64,000 nucleotides of DNA, taken from NCBI RefSeq assembly GCF_009834535.1, contig NC_045698.1, forward strand, positions 7,814,001 through 7,878,000. The letters run 5' to 3'. A model generated the notes under the pieces. The model was not told the origin of the DNA and made no database searches. It was given only the letters and a program-made list of their open reading frames with translations. Within the stretch, counting starts at the first letter, position 1; each line of letters begins with the position of its first letter. Positions 14,631-28,878 of the stretch are shown piece after piece. The translations under genes were made by a program, and so were the position numbers. The DNA is from Camelus ferus. Lineage: Eukaryota.

Positions 14631-15123
14631 CTCTCTGCTTTGCTTCTCCTTGCCCTTTATTTTTCTTACAGAATTATCCTTCCCTTCTCTGTCATCTCTT
14701 CGTTCCTTCCTTCTTTAGTTGGAGACTCGGGACTGTCACCCTTGTGGGTTCTAACCAAGAAAATTAAGTGGCTGACCCCATCCCCATCCTGTGGTGAAGG
14801 GCAGATTGGCTGCTTGCTTAGCAGCTGGTGTGGCCATTTTGGGTGGAATGGGGTGAAAATGGGAATGGTGCTGGTTACGAGTGGAACTGTGTATCTATCT
14901 CCCCCCACCCCCTGCCCATTCATAAGTTGAGGTCCTAACTCTCCTTTACTCCAGAATGTGGCCTTCTTTGGAGATGGAGTCATTGTAGATGTCATTATTC
15001 AAGATGAGGTCATACTGGAACAGGGTAGGTCTCTAATCTGGTGTGACTGGAGTCCTTAGAAAAAGGAGAAATTTGGAGACAGACACACACACAGGGAGAA
15101 CACCATGTAAAGATGAAGGCAGA

Positions 15124-15663
<540 letters not shown>

Positions 15664-17354
15664 TAAAGATGAAGACAGAGATCAAGGTGATGGTTCTACA
15701 AGCCAAGAGATGCCTCTGATGGCCAGCAAACACCAGGAGCTAGGGGAGAGACTGGACCACATTCTCCCTCCTGGTCTCAGAAGGAACCAGCCCCGCTGAC
15801 ACCTTCTGGCCTCCAGAACCACGAGGCAATAAATATGTGTTCTTTAATCTCCCAGTTAGAAGCACTTTGTTACAGCAGCCGCAGAAATGAACCCACTGGG
15901 CAACATTTGGGTTTAGGTCCATATTTGGAGCGGCTCCTTTGAAGAGGAGACCACAAATAACAGTTACCTGTCTTTCACTTTATTTGACAAAATTCATGTA
16001 TCCTTCGTCATATGTGATCCCATGTAATCTGCCACTTTACTTTCAGCACGGTCGGAAACCCCCTTGAAGGACCTCCCCAGCTTCTAGGTCTCTAAGATTA
16101 GTGTTTAAGACAAAGTAAGCAAAAGGAAACACACATTCCTTAAATGAAAATGACGATGTTTCAGCCTGTGTCATCGGCTGCGATCGTCGCTGTCATTACC
16201 ACTGGACTCTGCTTCGTCCGACTTTGTTAGAAGGAAAACTCTCTCTGTGTCCCCCAGAGCCAGCTGTGCACAGACCCAGCTCATGGTGCAAAGACAAACT
16301 CAAGACCAATTTCTCTAGAAAGTCCTGAACAGCAACAGAAAGCCTGGGTGTTTGCGTGTGGATAATCTCCAACGTTACTGGGAACAGAGAATCAAGTTGC
16401 AATTCTGTCCTAATCTACTCCTCTCAACGGAGTCTCCTCAGGAATTTCAGGAGTGTTAGTCAGACAGACTGCATTACAGCTAAGACCTCTGTGGCGAAGG
16501 CTGTGCTTCTCCTAGGGAAGTGAGTGACTGCAACAAGGCCATTATCCACCAAGGGGTTTATTGTCTACCTGGTAACATGCGTAGATTTGGGTATATGGAG
16601 AATTTGGGAAGCATACATCAATACTGTGACTTCGTGCGTTGGGGGGTCTGTAAAAACAGAAAACACTGCACTAAACGATGCACCATCCAATCTCTCCATC
16701 TAAACAGCAGCCATGAACAAACAGCAGAACCCACCCACCCTCAACCAACGCAAACACCAGCCCCACGTCGCGAGACAGTCCTTAAAACTGAAGCCTAAGC
16801 TATTCCCCAAGTGAAGGTAGTTGCTATCAGACATTTGAATGATCTCAAATGTTAGTACTAAATTTAGCGTTATGTTGTTTTATTTTTACCATAAAAATCT
16901 TACATGCATATTTTGGAGGGGGGGGTGATGCATTTAGTTGCCAGGGAAACTAAACGGGTCTATGCAGATTGAGAGAAATGGTTCGGAGGGAACTGGCCAC
17001 AGAAATGCTTCTGGACTGTTCTCTCATGGTGCAGTCACCTGCCCACGAGTGCTCATCATACCCTCTTGAGCCACGGACCTCCCCGCCCTGCACAGCTTCT
17101 GGGGTGAGCCCGCAGGCAGAGGAGGGTGTGCTGACTCAAGCATGGATGAGACGACACAGTGCAATCATTAATAGGGGTCGAACCTGTGCTATTTCCAGCT
17201 AATGTCGTCCGGTACCAAAAGCAGTGCTTTGGTGGGTTTCCTAGCCTTGGTGGTTTTCAGAATTATAAGACAGGAGCTAATAGTGCTGCTGGGGAGGGAT
17301 GGGATGTCTCAGGTTCTCAGGGCTTCGTAGGAGATGTCTTCGCTGAATCCAGAG

Positions 17355-17571
17355 CCAGCATCTTCAGCGTGGGCACTATTACTACTTGGGCTGGACCATG
17401 CTTTGTTGTGGGGGGCTGTCCTGTGTGCTGCGGGTTGGCCAGTGGCATCCCTGACCTCCACACACTAGATGCCAGCAGCAAATCCCCTACACCAAAAACA
17501 AAATTGTCTCCAGACTTTTCCAAATATTGCCCAGGTGGGAGGGGGAAGCTGTTCCTGGTTGAGAACCGTTG
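17355..17571 (-). mobile_element. MER20 (hAT-Charlie) DNA transposon
   Basis: gggggctgtcctgtg...cactagatgccag...tgtctccagac...ggttgagaacc, the reverse complement of MER20 as recalled. Confidence 0.88.
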
Positions 17572-17595
17572 CTCTAGAGTCACAGTGAGGGGGTC

Positions 17596-17950
17596 TCTGT
17601 CCTCTTGGCTGCTGTAACAAAATGCCACAGATTTGGTGACTTAAACAATAGGCATTTGTTTCTCACAGAACCTGAGGATGGAAAGTTCAAGATCAAGGTG
17701 CTGGGAGACTGGGTTCCTGGTGTTCCAGGCTTGTCGATAGCACTTTCCCTGTGTGCTCACACGGCCTTTCCTAGGTGCACGTGTGCCTTCTTCTCATAAG
17801 GGCACTAATCCCACCTGGAGGGGCTCACCCTCCTGACCTCATCCTACACATCACCTCCCAGAGGTCCCGCCTCCAAATACCACCACATTGAGGTATGGAC
17901 TTCACCATATGGACTGGGGGTGCAGTGCATAAACATTCACCTCATCACAT
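17596..17950 (-). mobile_element. MLT1A-like MaLR LTR
   Basis: ggctgctgtaacaaaatgccacaga...aagttcaagatcaaggtg...ataagggcactaatccca...cctccaaataccaccacattg. Confidence 0.85.
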
Positions 17951-19287
17951 CAGGTAACTACTAGAAATGGGTGAATGTAAGTCACTCTCTGAAAGTCATG
18001 AGACAGTTGTATCAAGTTGCTCTTCTTTTCATTGAAGTCTCCCCAAGTCTATTCTGTACTCCTCACTTTGCCGCAGTCACCTCGGAAGCCTCCGGAACAT
18101 CACACCTCACGGACTTTGTGTGATTAGAAGGGCAGACGAGGATATGATTTGGTGTAACTGACATAATACAAATTGCTTGTCAACTTTCCTCTCTCCCTGG
18201 TCTGCAGAGTGCAATATAAGAAAAATAAATGTCTAAACATGCATCGGCATGGACGGTGTACTAACTTTCTACCTGATGAATGAAAATGTAAGACTTGTCA
18301 AGCGTGCTGGAAGAACTCCCTTGCTCACCAGCGGCAAGGAAATTGCACCCTCCCCAAGGAGACCTCCAGGATCCCTTGAGTTTACACCACTCACCAGGCG
18401 TATTTACCATCTACCTGTGCATTGCGGAAGCATGTACTCATCCTTTATCTACAAGACTGCCTGAAATTCCTGCAAGTCTGCAAATACTTTCCATTTTCCA
18501 GACACCCAACCAGTAAACGGCCTGTGTTCAATAAATAACTGGTTTCAAAACCACACGTGCAAAAGTTACGCGAAGAGTGCTTTTTCCTTAAGCAGGAATT
18601 ACCTTACCATTTATCTCTCCTGGTACTTAGTTACTTCTCTTAAATATTAAGTTTGTAAGCCACAAGCTATTTATTCTCTGTTTTAGTGAAAATACACACT
18701 GTTTTTCCCTGTGTGATTGCAGACTACAGTTAACAAATAATAATGGAAGCATTTCCAGTGCCGGGCTCATAGTAGGGCCCAACAAAAGTTCAACGAAAAA
18801 ATCTAACGTGTTTAAGAAAGCATCTCCTCAGTAATCTCTTCTTAGAGATGTGTTTTGTAAATAGCTTGGACAATAGAATTCTGTATGTCTTATTAGCCCA
18901 TGGAGTTTTAACCGAATGCCTTTTTTTCTTCCTTCCCTACTAATCTCTGATCTATTTCTTTCTTCCTTCTCCACGCAGATCTGTTGGTCCCTAGATCTGT
19001 TGACCAAAAATCCATGAACACTTCTTTGCAAGAAACATACTTAGGGGTGTCCACCGACTCAGGGCCCAGTGGAAAATAGATCCAAGGAGACAAGATATGT
19101 TAAATCTTTCCCCCTAGCTAACTCTCTGGCTCTTAGATATTTTTTACAATTAGTGCCCACTGCTACAGACTGGCCTAAGTGTTTGACACTGAAGGGAGAA
19201 AAAACCTATGGTAGATAATTTACTCCATGTTCTCTGGTTATATGTAGCTTTATTCTAACTGTAACTAAAATTTATTTTAAAGTAAAG

Positions 19288-19628
19288 TATTTTTACAAAA
19301 CAGAAATAGACTCATAGACATAGAATACAAACTTGTGGTTGCCAAGGGGGCAGGGGGTGGGAAGGGACAGACTGGGATTTTAAAATGTAGAATAGATAAA
19401 CAAGATTATACTGTATAGCACAGGGAAATATATACAAGATCTTGTGGTAGCTCACAGTGAAAAAAAAAATGTGACAATGAATATATATAGATATATATAG
19501 ATATATCTATATATCTATATATATCTATATATATGTTCATGTATAACTGAAAAATTGTGCTCTACACTGGAATTTGACACAACATTGTAAAATGACCATA
19601 ACTCAATAAAAAATGTTTTAAAAAAATA
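19288..19628 (+). mobile_element. L1 3' UTR fragment (cetartiodactyl/camelid type)
   Basis: tatagcacagggaaatatat...tgttcatgtataactga...acaacattgtaaa...ctcaataaaaaa. Confidence 0.9.
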
Positions 19629-19684
19629 ATGTAATTTTAAAAATCAGAGCCCTGTTACCTTGTAACTTTCACATATGTCCCCAC

Positions 19685-20232
19685 TGAGAGACCAAATATA
19701 CAAATGGACAGTGGCCAGGCCATGTATAAAAATGGAACTTTGATCCACAACCTGCAGCCACCTGCCCAGGACACCAGCCCCTTATCTACAGTAAACCCAG
19801 GAAGCCAGCCTGCTCTAAGTCAGACTTACAGGAAAGTCACATTGTCTCCAGTGACAATCCAGGAAGCTAAATAATAACTTCTGTAACAACTGTCCCCAAA
19901 TAGCTAGTACTTGATGAGTAACTGGCAGCTTCCCTAATTTAGGGGCCAACATAAAACTAACCAGAGAAAGCCAGCTGGTTAATGAACCCCTAACCAATCA
20001 TACCGGATGCCCCACTTCTCTTAGCCCTCCTCCAATTTCTCCAGGCCCACAGCCTCCCATCAGGGCACACTGGAAGCCTCCCCTTTTCTCCACTATGAAG
20101 CTCTCCCTCTCCCTTGCCTGCCTATGAGTCTCTGCTAAACACAAGTGATGGTGGTTGACTCCCTGGCTAGAGGGAGCTCAGAACAGACAGCCTCTGCTTT
20201 TTCCATTGGGTTGGTCTTTGTTCATTTCTGCA
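19685..20232 (+). mobile_element. Solo ERV1-class LTR (MER31/MER67-like) with 4-bp TSD CCAC
   Basis: TG...CA termini; CCAC at 19681-19684 and 20233-20236; ctaaccaatca CCAAT segment; resemblance to the MER31 group from recall. Confidence 0.8.
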
Positions 20233-21569
20233 CCACCCACCCCACCAGCATGAGCAGGTGTGCATTCTTGAGCAGACTGCCCAGACTGGCTGGTGGCCTT
20301 CCCTCCCAAAGGTCTCAAGGAGGCTCTTCATTTTAAAAATGCTGCCAACTCTAACAACATCTGCCCAATGGCTATGAGCGCCGGGGGGCGGGGGGGGCAT
20401 CCCTGAAGAGCAGAATGTGCAGAGAGATACAGGAGCGAACGGAAATGGAAGGGAATTCTGGATGGGACAAAAGCCATCAGCTACACTGCAATTCGGCCAG
20501 GACAACGAGCGTGTGAGCAGTGGACCCGTACTCCCTGGTTAACTTCACTCATCACGGTGGGGAGTGGAGCCGAACTGACAAGAACCGTGGCCCTGACGGA
20601 CGGGAGCTTCAGCCGCCCAGTGAGCCACTGGTTCAGTCTCCTGCGTTTGGAATTTCTCTTGCATGTCCACCTCTAGTGGAAAGAACATGAGAAACAGAAA
20701 AATGCAGGCCTTTGACACTTACAAGTCTGTAGGATATATGACGATGCTCTGACACTAGGAGATCAGAATTGTGAAAGACTTTTTATGAGAACTGAGACAT
20801 TGCCCTCTGCTTTTATAGAATTCAAGGTGTTTTTAGCTACAGCTTCGGTAATGTCTGCTCTCTATGAACTTAAAGCATGAATACCGATTGTTGGTTCATT
20901 CAACAAATATTTATTGACAGTGTGAGATTTTCTTGGCCTTGGATTTATTTAGAAGGCAAACAGACGTGTCATGATCAGACCTGTGTCCCAAAGCAACTGA
21001 CAATAAACTTCATAATAAATTTTACTTAAAAAACACTCAACTTTTGCTCATTGTTTCTTCCCAACTTAAAGCTGTGCATTTAATAAATCTTGTCACCCCA
21101 TTACGTTTATTTTCTGTGAACTCCCGCAGCACATAAAGTGTGCACTGTACCTGGATATCTGTGTGAAGTGTGCTTTCTTGAGCTAGGGTTTGGTTTCGAG
21201 CTGAAGAGGTCCCACTCCCTGAGAGCAGAGACCCCCATCACACTTTTCATGCCTACTTGGGAGGGAGTAATTGAGTGTGGCGGGAGAGATGAGGACACTG
21301 GAGCCCAAAGGCTGTTAAAGTTAAATAAAAATGAATTTTGGATCGTTGATAGCTTTGTGTTACCTGAACTTCTATTTCATCTCCAGGTCATCTGGCTAAC
21401 TGTCCACAACGAAACAGAGCACTTCTCGAGATGCAGGTACCCTTTTGGGCCACAGAGAACCCTCTGCTCCCGACTCTCAACTCCTTGCCATCCCTTCCTG
21501 CGCGCACACAGCATGGACAGGGAGAATTCATGTGTGGCTGACTGTCTCATGAACGTCACTTAATTATCT

Positions 21570-21917
21570 CACTGTTCTCATAAGAGCACCTACTATTCCT
21601 GGAGACTTTTGCCCAGGTAAACAACTTGGCTGTTCAACACGGAAATTCTGGGAAACACCCATGAGGTCTTCCATGGGAAGCATCAACAGTCTGTGCCTGT
21701 GAAGCAAGCCCTGAATCCCTAGCTGCGGCAAGTCTTAGCATCAAAAGACCGCCTCATTAAGAGCTTCAACTACATCTGACATCACCTCCCCACCCTGAGG
21801 CACTGACAAGGCTCCACTGAGCGGTGCTGTCCCTTCCCACGATGAGCAATGAACTCAACTTTGTTTTAGCAGCAGGTTGTGCCTGACTGTGAGATTTGGA
21901 GGATCCAGCACTGACGC
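21570..21917 (+). mobile_element. Degraded ERV1-class LTR (MER90/MER110-like)
   Basis: 3' end gagcaatgaactcaactttgttt...caggttgtg...tttggaggatccagcactgac resembles this LTR group. Confidence 0.45.
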
Positions 21918-22644
21918 CACTGAGGACCATTTTCTTCTCAAGAGAAACTCAAGTGAGAAAGAGCATTTGAAGTAACAAGCCTTGTGTTCTTCTCCTTACT
22001 AGATATGCTGTAAAGAACTGTTGGGTGACACTTAAGGTTTGTACGTTTTCATTAAGAAGGTGGTATTTTTGGTCTGTGCTTGTAACGCTTTGTTTTCCCA
22101 CCATGAGTTGATTTATTTCTTCTTATTTAGGATAAACCAGCCCCAAGCAGGGCAACAGCTAGTTTAGTTTTAGATTTAATCAGCCTCTTTTAACGATATG
22201 ACTGAATGCAGGCAGTTTTCTGGAAGTTTCAAAGAGAAATTAGACTAGGAAAAGGATGCTCAGCATGCTTTGCTGTAGGCTAGCTGCCAGGCCAACTTAA
22301 TCTCAGATGACTAATCGATCTGGTCTCATTTGAAGCTTAAAGTAAAGGTGCTTTCCTTTTTTTTTCCTTTTCTAGTAATTTCTTTCGAGGCTTTGATGTT
22401 TTTGTAAGTGGAGGCAAGCTTATCAGAGAAGTTTCAGAGGGGAAAAAAAGAAACCTTAAATGGTGCCAGGAGTGAAAGACGTGAATTTCAGTGTCTGTAG
22501 GAAGAGGCTGAGCTCTTTGGTACAAAACGCAGCATACTCGGTACCAAAGAAGGAATTCAGCCACCCTGGATGACGCACTCAGATCCTTCCTGAGAATCCT
22601 CATCTCAAAGGATTTGCCTAAAAATGTACTTTTTACCTGAGGTT

Positions 22645-22860
22645 TTTTTGTTTTTTTTTTTTTAACATTTTATTGAAGTATAGTCAATTTACAATGTTGT
22701 GTTAGTTTCTGGGTTACAGCATAGTGACTCAGTTTTATATATATATATATATATCCCTTTTCATATTATTTTTCATTATAGGTTATTACAAGGTATTAAA
22801 TATAGTTCCCTGCGCTCCACAGTAGGACCTTGTTGTTTATCTATGTTACATATAGTAGTT
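22645..22860 (-). mobile_element. L1 3' end fragment with internal (TA)n
   Basis: Poly-T, tattgaagtatagtcaatttacaatgttgtgttagtttc, tatagttccctg. Confidence 0.9.
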
Positions 22861-23639
22861 AAACTGGGAGTTTAGAATTTGCAGACACTTGCTGAGATTT
22901 TTTCTGGCTTCACTGGAGACACCACACAATGGCCCCTTTTGGTACACGACGTAGACAATTCAGAGACAGTGGCACATCAAAGAGAGGCTCGGACGGAACC
23001 CCTTGGAGAGGGTACTTGTGCCAAGTCACAAGTATATTGGATCTGCCACTCTGTCTTCACGTGTCTGAATCTGAGGCAAGCTTGTTTTGGTAATTAAAGC
23101 ATGGCATTCTTGGCAGTTTTTTCCTCTCGAACTTAGGGAATAACAAAGCAGGCTCTTTTTCTTTATCAAACTCCACACATGTGCACGGCGACATAATTAT
23201 GGGTACTTGGGATTCCAGCTACTTGTGCTGTTCGCAGATAGTTCTTTATTGCCAACGCTTTCCCTGACTGTTCCCTTAGTTACCAGAGGGCTTCGCAGAA
23301 GAATAGAGACATGATGGCCAAACAGAGTTTTAGTGAAAGGAGTACGTTTCTTATTGGGAAAAACAATTTTAAGCATCTGCATAAAGAAGACTTGTGCCGG
23401 TAATAAAACGAAAAATGGGGTTTGGAGGAAAGGCCTCATCTCAACAGGCCTGAGATCACCTTAAATATACTGAGAGTTTTTAATCCCTCACAGAACAGAG
23501 ACACTGAATAATAACCGTTGCCTGGGAGCCTCCACGGAACCAAGGGAGACCCACGCCGGAGCAGAAGCAGGAAGGACGGTTACTACTAGCTAGGACTAGC
23601 ACTCCTGCTATTGCCATGAGGCATAAGACTGATGATCAT

Positions 23640-23825
23640 CAGTGAACATTAATTCAGGGCCCGCCGAGCTCCAAGCGTGGCTCTGAGTACTCTGTAGGTT
23701 TCACTTCCATTTCAAGGCTGTTGTATGAGGTCAGCGCTATTCTGTCGAACAAGAAGTATCAAAGGCACAGAGAAGGTAAGTAACCTGCCCAAGTGCACAG
23801 CACCCGTCACTGAGCCAGAGGCAAA
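23640..23825 (-). mobile_element. MIR fragment
   Basis: aaggcacagagaaggtaagtaacctgcccaagtgcacagc is the antisense MIR core. Confidence 0.7.
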
Positions 23826-24604
23826 AGGCCAGCAAGGGGAAAAGATACCAAAAGGAACATCAGAGATGCCAAGGGAGGGAGCACGAGAGACATTTCCCAC
23901 TACTTTCATCAGGGGTTCCCGGCAAACCGCACCTCGTGGTTCCAGCCCACGTGCTTCAGCTCTCAGCCCTCAACCTCACCGCTCTTCCCAGTCCTCACCC
24001 CCAACCCCAGGCAGCACACCTCCCTCCCTCTTCCCCTTGAAAAGAGCACTTGCCTTTGGCCTGGCGCTGCTGTGAGTGAAGTTGGTAAAATCTGAAGGCT
24101 TGCGACACAGTGGACACATTTCAGGGTCTTCACAACGACTCAGGGTCTTTGCAGGAGGACCACTTTTTTTTCTTTATTATAATAATGTCCTCACGAAGAG
24201 CTGCTTGCCCCGCACTAAGAGGTTCCAGATAAGCTCTGTGTTTACATGCATCCAAAGAGTATTTATATTTCCCTTCTATAGTATTGCCTGCTTATTTCTG
24301 TTTAGTACTTTTCACGTACTCTCTGATGGCAAACAGCAGACTGAGAGCTTCGTCATGGCTTCTGAGGACAACGCGTGGCTTCCTGACAGCCCTTCGCCTG
24401 GCTGAAGCTTTAACAAACGTGAACAGTCAGATTTTCCACCTGCCACGTGAATGCTTGCTTGAGGTCCGGCAAGACCTAAATCATTTCTTTCACATTATAG
24501 GCTTGATTAAGGAATGAACAAAGCAAAAAGTCTGGGAAAAGAAGGTCAAGGACCTCGGAACTCTAGCCATAAAGTAAGGCTTTCTAAACAAATACTCTCG
24601 GGAT

Positions 24605-25073
24605 CTTAAAAGGACCCAACAGAATGGCATGAAGAGTATTTTAAACTGGAGATGTCTGAGATACAGAAGATGCCGGAAAAAGCCTTTTCTGAGCTCCTCT
24701 TATCTGACTAAAGTCAGAGCTTTCTGAGAAGGAAGATGCCATAAATCCTCCGGCCCGGGGAGCTTCCAGCCAAGGAGATGGACCGTCAGCACTGTGAGGA
24801 GCAACTGCATAACCAGACTTTACAGAAGCTGCTCTACCTTCCAGCTGTTTCCCCTAGAAGCCCCATGTCCCCGCTCCTTCCCACTATTAAGCTGGTACAC
24901 AAACCATTACTCTTGGCTGTTTGGTGAATCACTCAGATTGCTGAGTATCCCGCATGCATGTGAATAAACTCTGTCTTTTCTCTTGCGACCCTATTGTAAC
25001 AAATAACCTGCACCCCCGCCCCCCACCCCTGCCCACTAAGGCTAAGTTAGTAGCAAAAGTTTTCCCCTCAACA
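24605..25073 (+). mobile_element. MER34/MER39-like ERV1 LTR
   Basis: ggcatgaagagtattttaaactg start motif, aataaac polyA signal near 24963, aaaagttttcccctcaaca end. Confidence 0.65.
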
Positions 25074-26099
25074 GTCTGATCCGAAGCCAGGACCTGGGTG
25101 TTGCTCCTACGTACGGCACATGCACGGCTCCTGGTAGCCAGTGCTGGGTTGTTCCAGAGGTTCGCTGGGCTTGGTGGTATTGTACTAAGTGGCCTTTGGC
25201 TTTAGAGAAAGAAAACACATTTAAGGGGGGGCAGAGGTTAGGGAGATTGAGCTGCTGTTGGCCTACACTTGAGAGCATTGTGAATGGTGATGTGTGACGG
25301 GGACCACAGTGGGAATGTCACAGCCACCTGGCCAGACACGGTCGGCTAGTGTGGGATGTCTGTGGATGCTGAAGCCAGAGGAGGCCGACCTGCAGTAGCA
25401 AGTTGGCTTTGAGCTGGTTTCCTGGCTGCAGAAAGAGTCGGCTTCCCTGGTCACAGCCCACACAGGTTCTTAGATACACCAGCTCCTGTGGATTGAGACC
25501 TAAGCTGGGACCCCGGGCCACAGAGCTGGGGCCGGGCTGTCTTCCATCATTGGGCCTTTGCTAGGTACATGCTGGAATCAAAATTCGATGTTTCAGCAAC
25601 AAGTTTCCTTTCTGAGAGTAAGTCTCCCCCTTCTCAATACTATTAGTGAATCTTCTTTTGAGAACCTAAATAAAGGACATCGTGGAATCACAGTCCCTAG
25701 CATGATGCCTTGAAAATGGCAATTACTCAGTGAATGTTCACTGACTGAGTTAACTTCATTGCTAAAGAAATATTGACAGATCAGATGTAGAATAAATATA
25801 TTTCAATGAATCTGGGAAAAATGTAGTTTTATTCCCAGGTTTAGTGTTACAGAACCTGAAAGAGTTCAGACGACTTATTTCCAAATAATGACGTTTCTCC
25901 TCCAAGTCGCTTATGTGTCTTAAATTTGTGGGTTCTTCGGGCAATCTTCATGGCCCTTGAGTCTTCTGAAGGTGCTAATACTTTCTGTAAATAATAATTT
26001 AGAGTTCTGTAAGAAGTAGCCGAGTGAGAGTGAGAAGGGCAGGATGCGTTCATAGGAGGAAACGCTGGCCTAGTGAGAGCTAACACAGTACAATGTATT

Positions 26100-26250
26100 T
26101 GATGCTCCACCTTGATCAGTATCAGAATTTCCCATGAAGCTTTGGAGACATAGAGATGCTCAGGCTCCAGTCCAGAGACTCAGACTTACGAGGCCTGGGG
26201 TCAAGTCAGGACATGTGCTGTTGTGAATATTTCCAAAGGTGATTCCACTT
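26100..26250. mobile_element. MER5-like hAT fragment
   Basis: atcagaatttccc...agatgctcaggctcca...ccagagactcagac...ggtgattcc. Confidence 0.55.
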
Positions 26251-26827
26251 TGAGCCTTTTCCATTTAATCGCTGTGCGTGGAATCCCTGCCTTGTGCTGT
26301 GTTGTTGTGACATATGTGTATCTATATAACCATGACCATCCTTTAACCTGCGTTATGGAAGATCATATGCCTTCACCAACATCCTCCAACTCATGTCCCT
26401 AAGTTTGGGGCAGCCTTCCCAGGATGCCAGCAAAACCAGAAAACAGCCTCACTGATGGAGCAGCTAGGAAACCAGAGGAAACTGGAAGCCGACAGGAAGA
26501 ATAGTGATGGTTTCATGGGGTGGGTTGTGTGGATCCTCAGTACCACACAGCCGGCTCTCAGTTATGAGCAAACAAATGCACACGTTCTGCTGGGAATTTG
26601 AAAGCAGAACTACCATGATTTTCCATTTCCCGTGAGTCACATCAATCTCTAAAAATGGCTTGGGACAAAAATCACATTGCTTATGAAAACTCTGGTGGCA
26701 CAGAAAGATCCAGTGACACATAAGATTAAGAAAATCATTCAGCCATAGCCAACTAAAATTCAAATGAATGGGAAAAAGTATTCAATTTATAAGAAAAAAA
26801 AAATCACAGCAAGTCTCTGCTTCCAAT

Positions 26828-26889
26828 ATCTACATCTACATCCCTATCTATCTGTCTGTCTATCTATCTATCTATCTATATCTATCTAC
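26828..26889. repeat. Compound (TCTA)/(TCTG) microsatellite
   Basis: tatctatctgtctgtctatctatctatctatctatatctatctacc. Confidence 0.85.
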
Positions 26890-28029
26890 CAACAGACTAG
26901 TAATTTTGTTGAGCCTTACTTAGGACTGCAAAAGAAGGAGGAAATAAAATATTTTTTTCCTGCAAAATAAGGCAAGCTTATACAAGGTGTCTCTAAGGGT
27001 TCTCTATCAATTAGATTTATATCTCCTGGAAGCGTCTCCCTCACTGCAGGCTATCCTCACTTCTAAACGTTTGACAAAGTCTGCTGCCAAGACCTGCACA
27101 TTGCTGAAAAATGGGAGACAGGTTCACTACCAGAGCATTTGTCTGAGCGGTGCCAAGGGAAGGTAGCTACCCCTGCTGTGTTTATAAATGCACCGGCAAA
27201 GGAGCGTTTCCATACATTTTCATTATACTATACCCCACAGATAAACAACTTGGCATCTCACATATAGACCCTTAAAAACAATTTCTGCCACATGGAAAAC
27301 TGAACAAGACAGAGTGACTAAGGGATGCTGTTCTGTTCGTCAGGATCCATCAGTTCCCAGAAGCACTATAATGAGGGATGACTACACACACACACAAGTT
27401 ACCTGACAGATGAGACTTTCAGTAGTAAAATGTGACTATGCAGCATAATGAGCCTTCAGGAACTAAAAGGAAAACAAATAATAGCCAACAAGAGAGTCTG
27501 GACCGGAAGATGGAAACCCAGACTGCTCATCAACCTCACCTCATTGACCCTCTCCCCACCCCAACGCCATACTGTCTCCTGGGCGGGATCAACAGGAATG
27601 ACGTAGTGCGTGAATAAGCTGTTGCTCACTTTCCTTAAACCAAGAAAACAAACTTAAAAGTGCTCCACGGTAAGCCCTACAGATAATTCTAAAATTACTG
27701 GAACATCTGTGGTCTTATACTTTTTAGTAGCACTCACGAAAGAAACACCATGATGTCTTTCTTGTTTGCTTTATTCAAAGGAGAAAAAAAAAGAATAAGA
27801 TTATGTAAGAAACCTATCTTTGGTTAATGAGCCAAGACATGCTTGTCTACCTGTGGCTAGGCATCTGATTTTAAGATTAGGCTTCCTGTCGCTGTCTCTG
27901 TATTTAGAGAGTTAAAATAATTGGACCATGACTTTAAATATCTTTTTTTTTCTCCCACTGATGATGCACCAATTCATACATTAGTCCTGAGCATCAAATC
28001 CATTTCTCCCATTTTCTGTTACAAAAGAG

Positions 28030-28878
28030 GAGATCTCTTTTGTCTGTAACAGACATTTCAAACTTTCAATCCAAATCCAAACTCCTGATTCTATCAGCCT
28101 GTGTCCTCTGTCCTTTTACCATTTGTAACATTTTGCACTCCATCCATCAGCAAGTCCTTCAGAAATACCTTTCCCACCCCTTCTGCTACAGCTCTGGGCC
28201 AGCACAGCAGGATCTCCTTCCCAGACTCCTGAAATCACTCACTCACTGACCTTCTTGCTTTCCTGCAGTCTCATCTCCAACTAGCAGCCAGAGGGGACTT
28301 CAAGAACTGTGCATCCCATCACGCTCTGCCCAGCCCGAATCTTCAGACTCCTTGTCTAGGCTTAAAGTCTTCCCTCACTCACCATCACCATCCCCGACCG
28401 ATCCTGCCTCATTAACCAGCAGCAAAACACTGACCTCACCATTTCAGGCACGTGCCAAGCTGCCTCCTGCTGCAGGGGTTTTGCTTTGCTGCTCCCTTTG
28501 CCCAGAAAGCTCTCTCTCCACCTGGCTCTCGTCCACCATTCAGGATTCCACTGGGTGTCAACCCCTCGGAGAAGCCTTTTCTGACCACCCGCCCAACATC
28601 CTCCCCACGTTGTTACACTCTCATCCATTAAGTGATTCTATTCACACCCAAATCAGAAAGTGACTATTGTTTGCTTCCTGTTGAAACTGTTTCCATCATT
28701 ATATCATATGCTCCAAGACGCAGACACTTTGATGCTCTGCTGGGATTAGCACACACTGGACACTCAATACTCATCAAATTCATGAAAGAAAGAATAAATG
28801 TATGTTGTACACCAGAAACTGACACATTGTAACTGAGTAGACTTCAATTAAAAAAAAAAAAAGGAATGAATGAATGAG
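28030..28878 (+). mobile_element. L2 3' portion, with a ~60-bp L1 tail (28801-28862) inserted in its terminal repeat
   Basis: C/T-rich L2 motifs (cagcctgtgtcc, gcagccagaggg, gaagccttttctgaccacc) ending in gaatgaatgaatg; L1 tail tgtacaccagaaactgacacattgtaactga...A-run. Confidence 0.75.
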
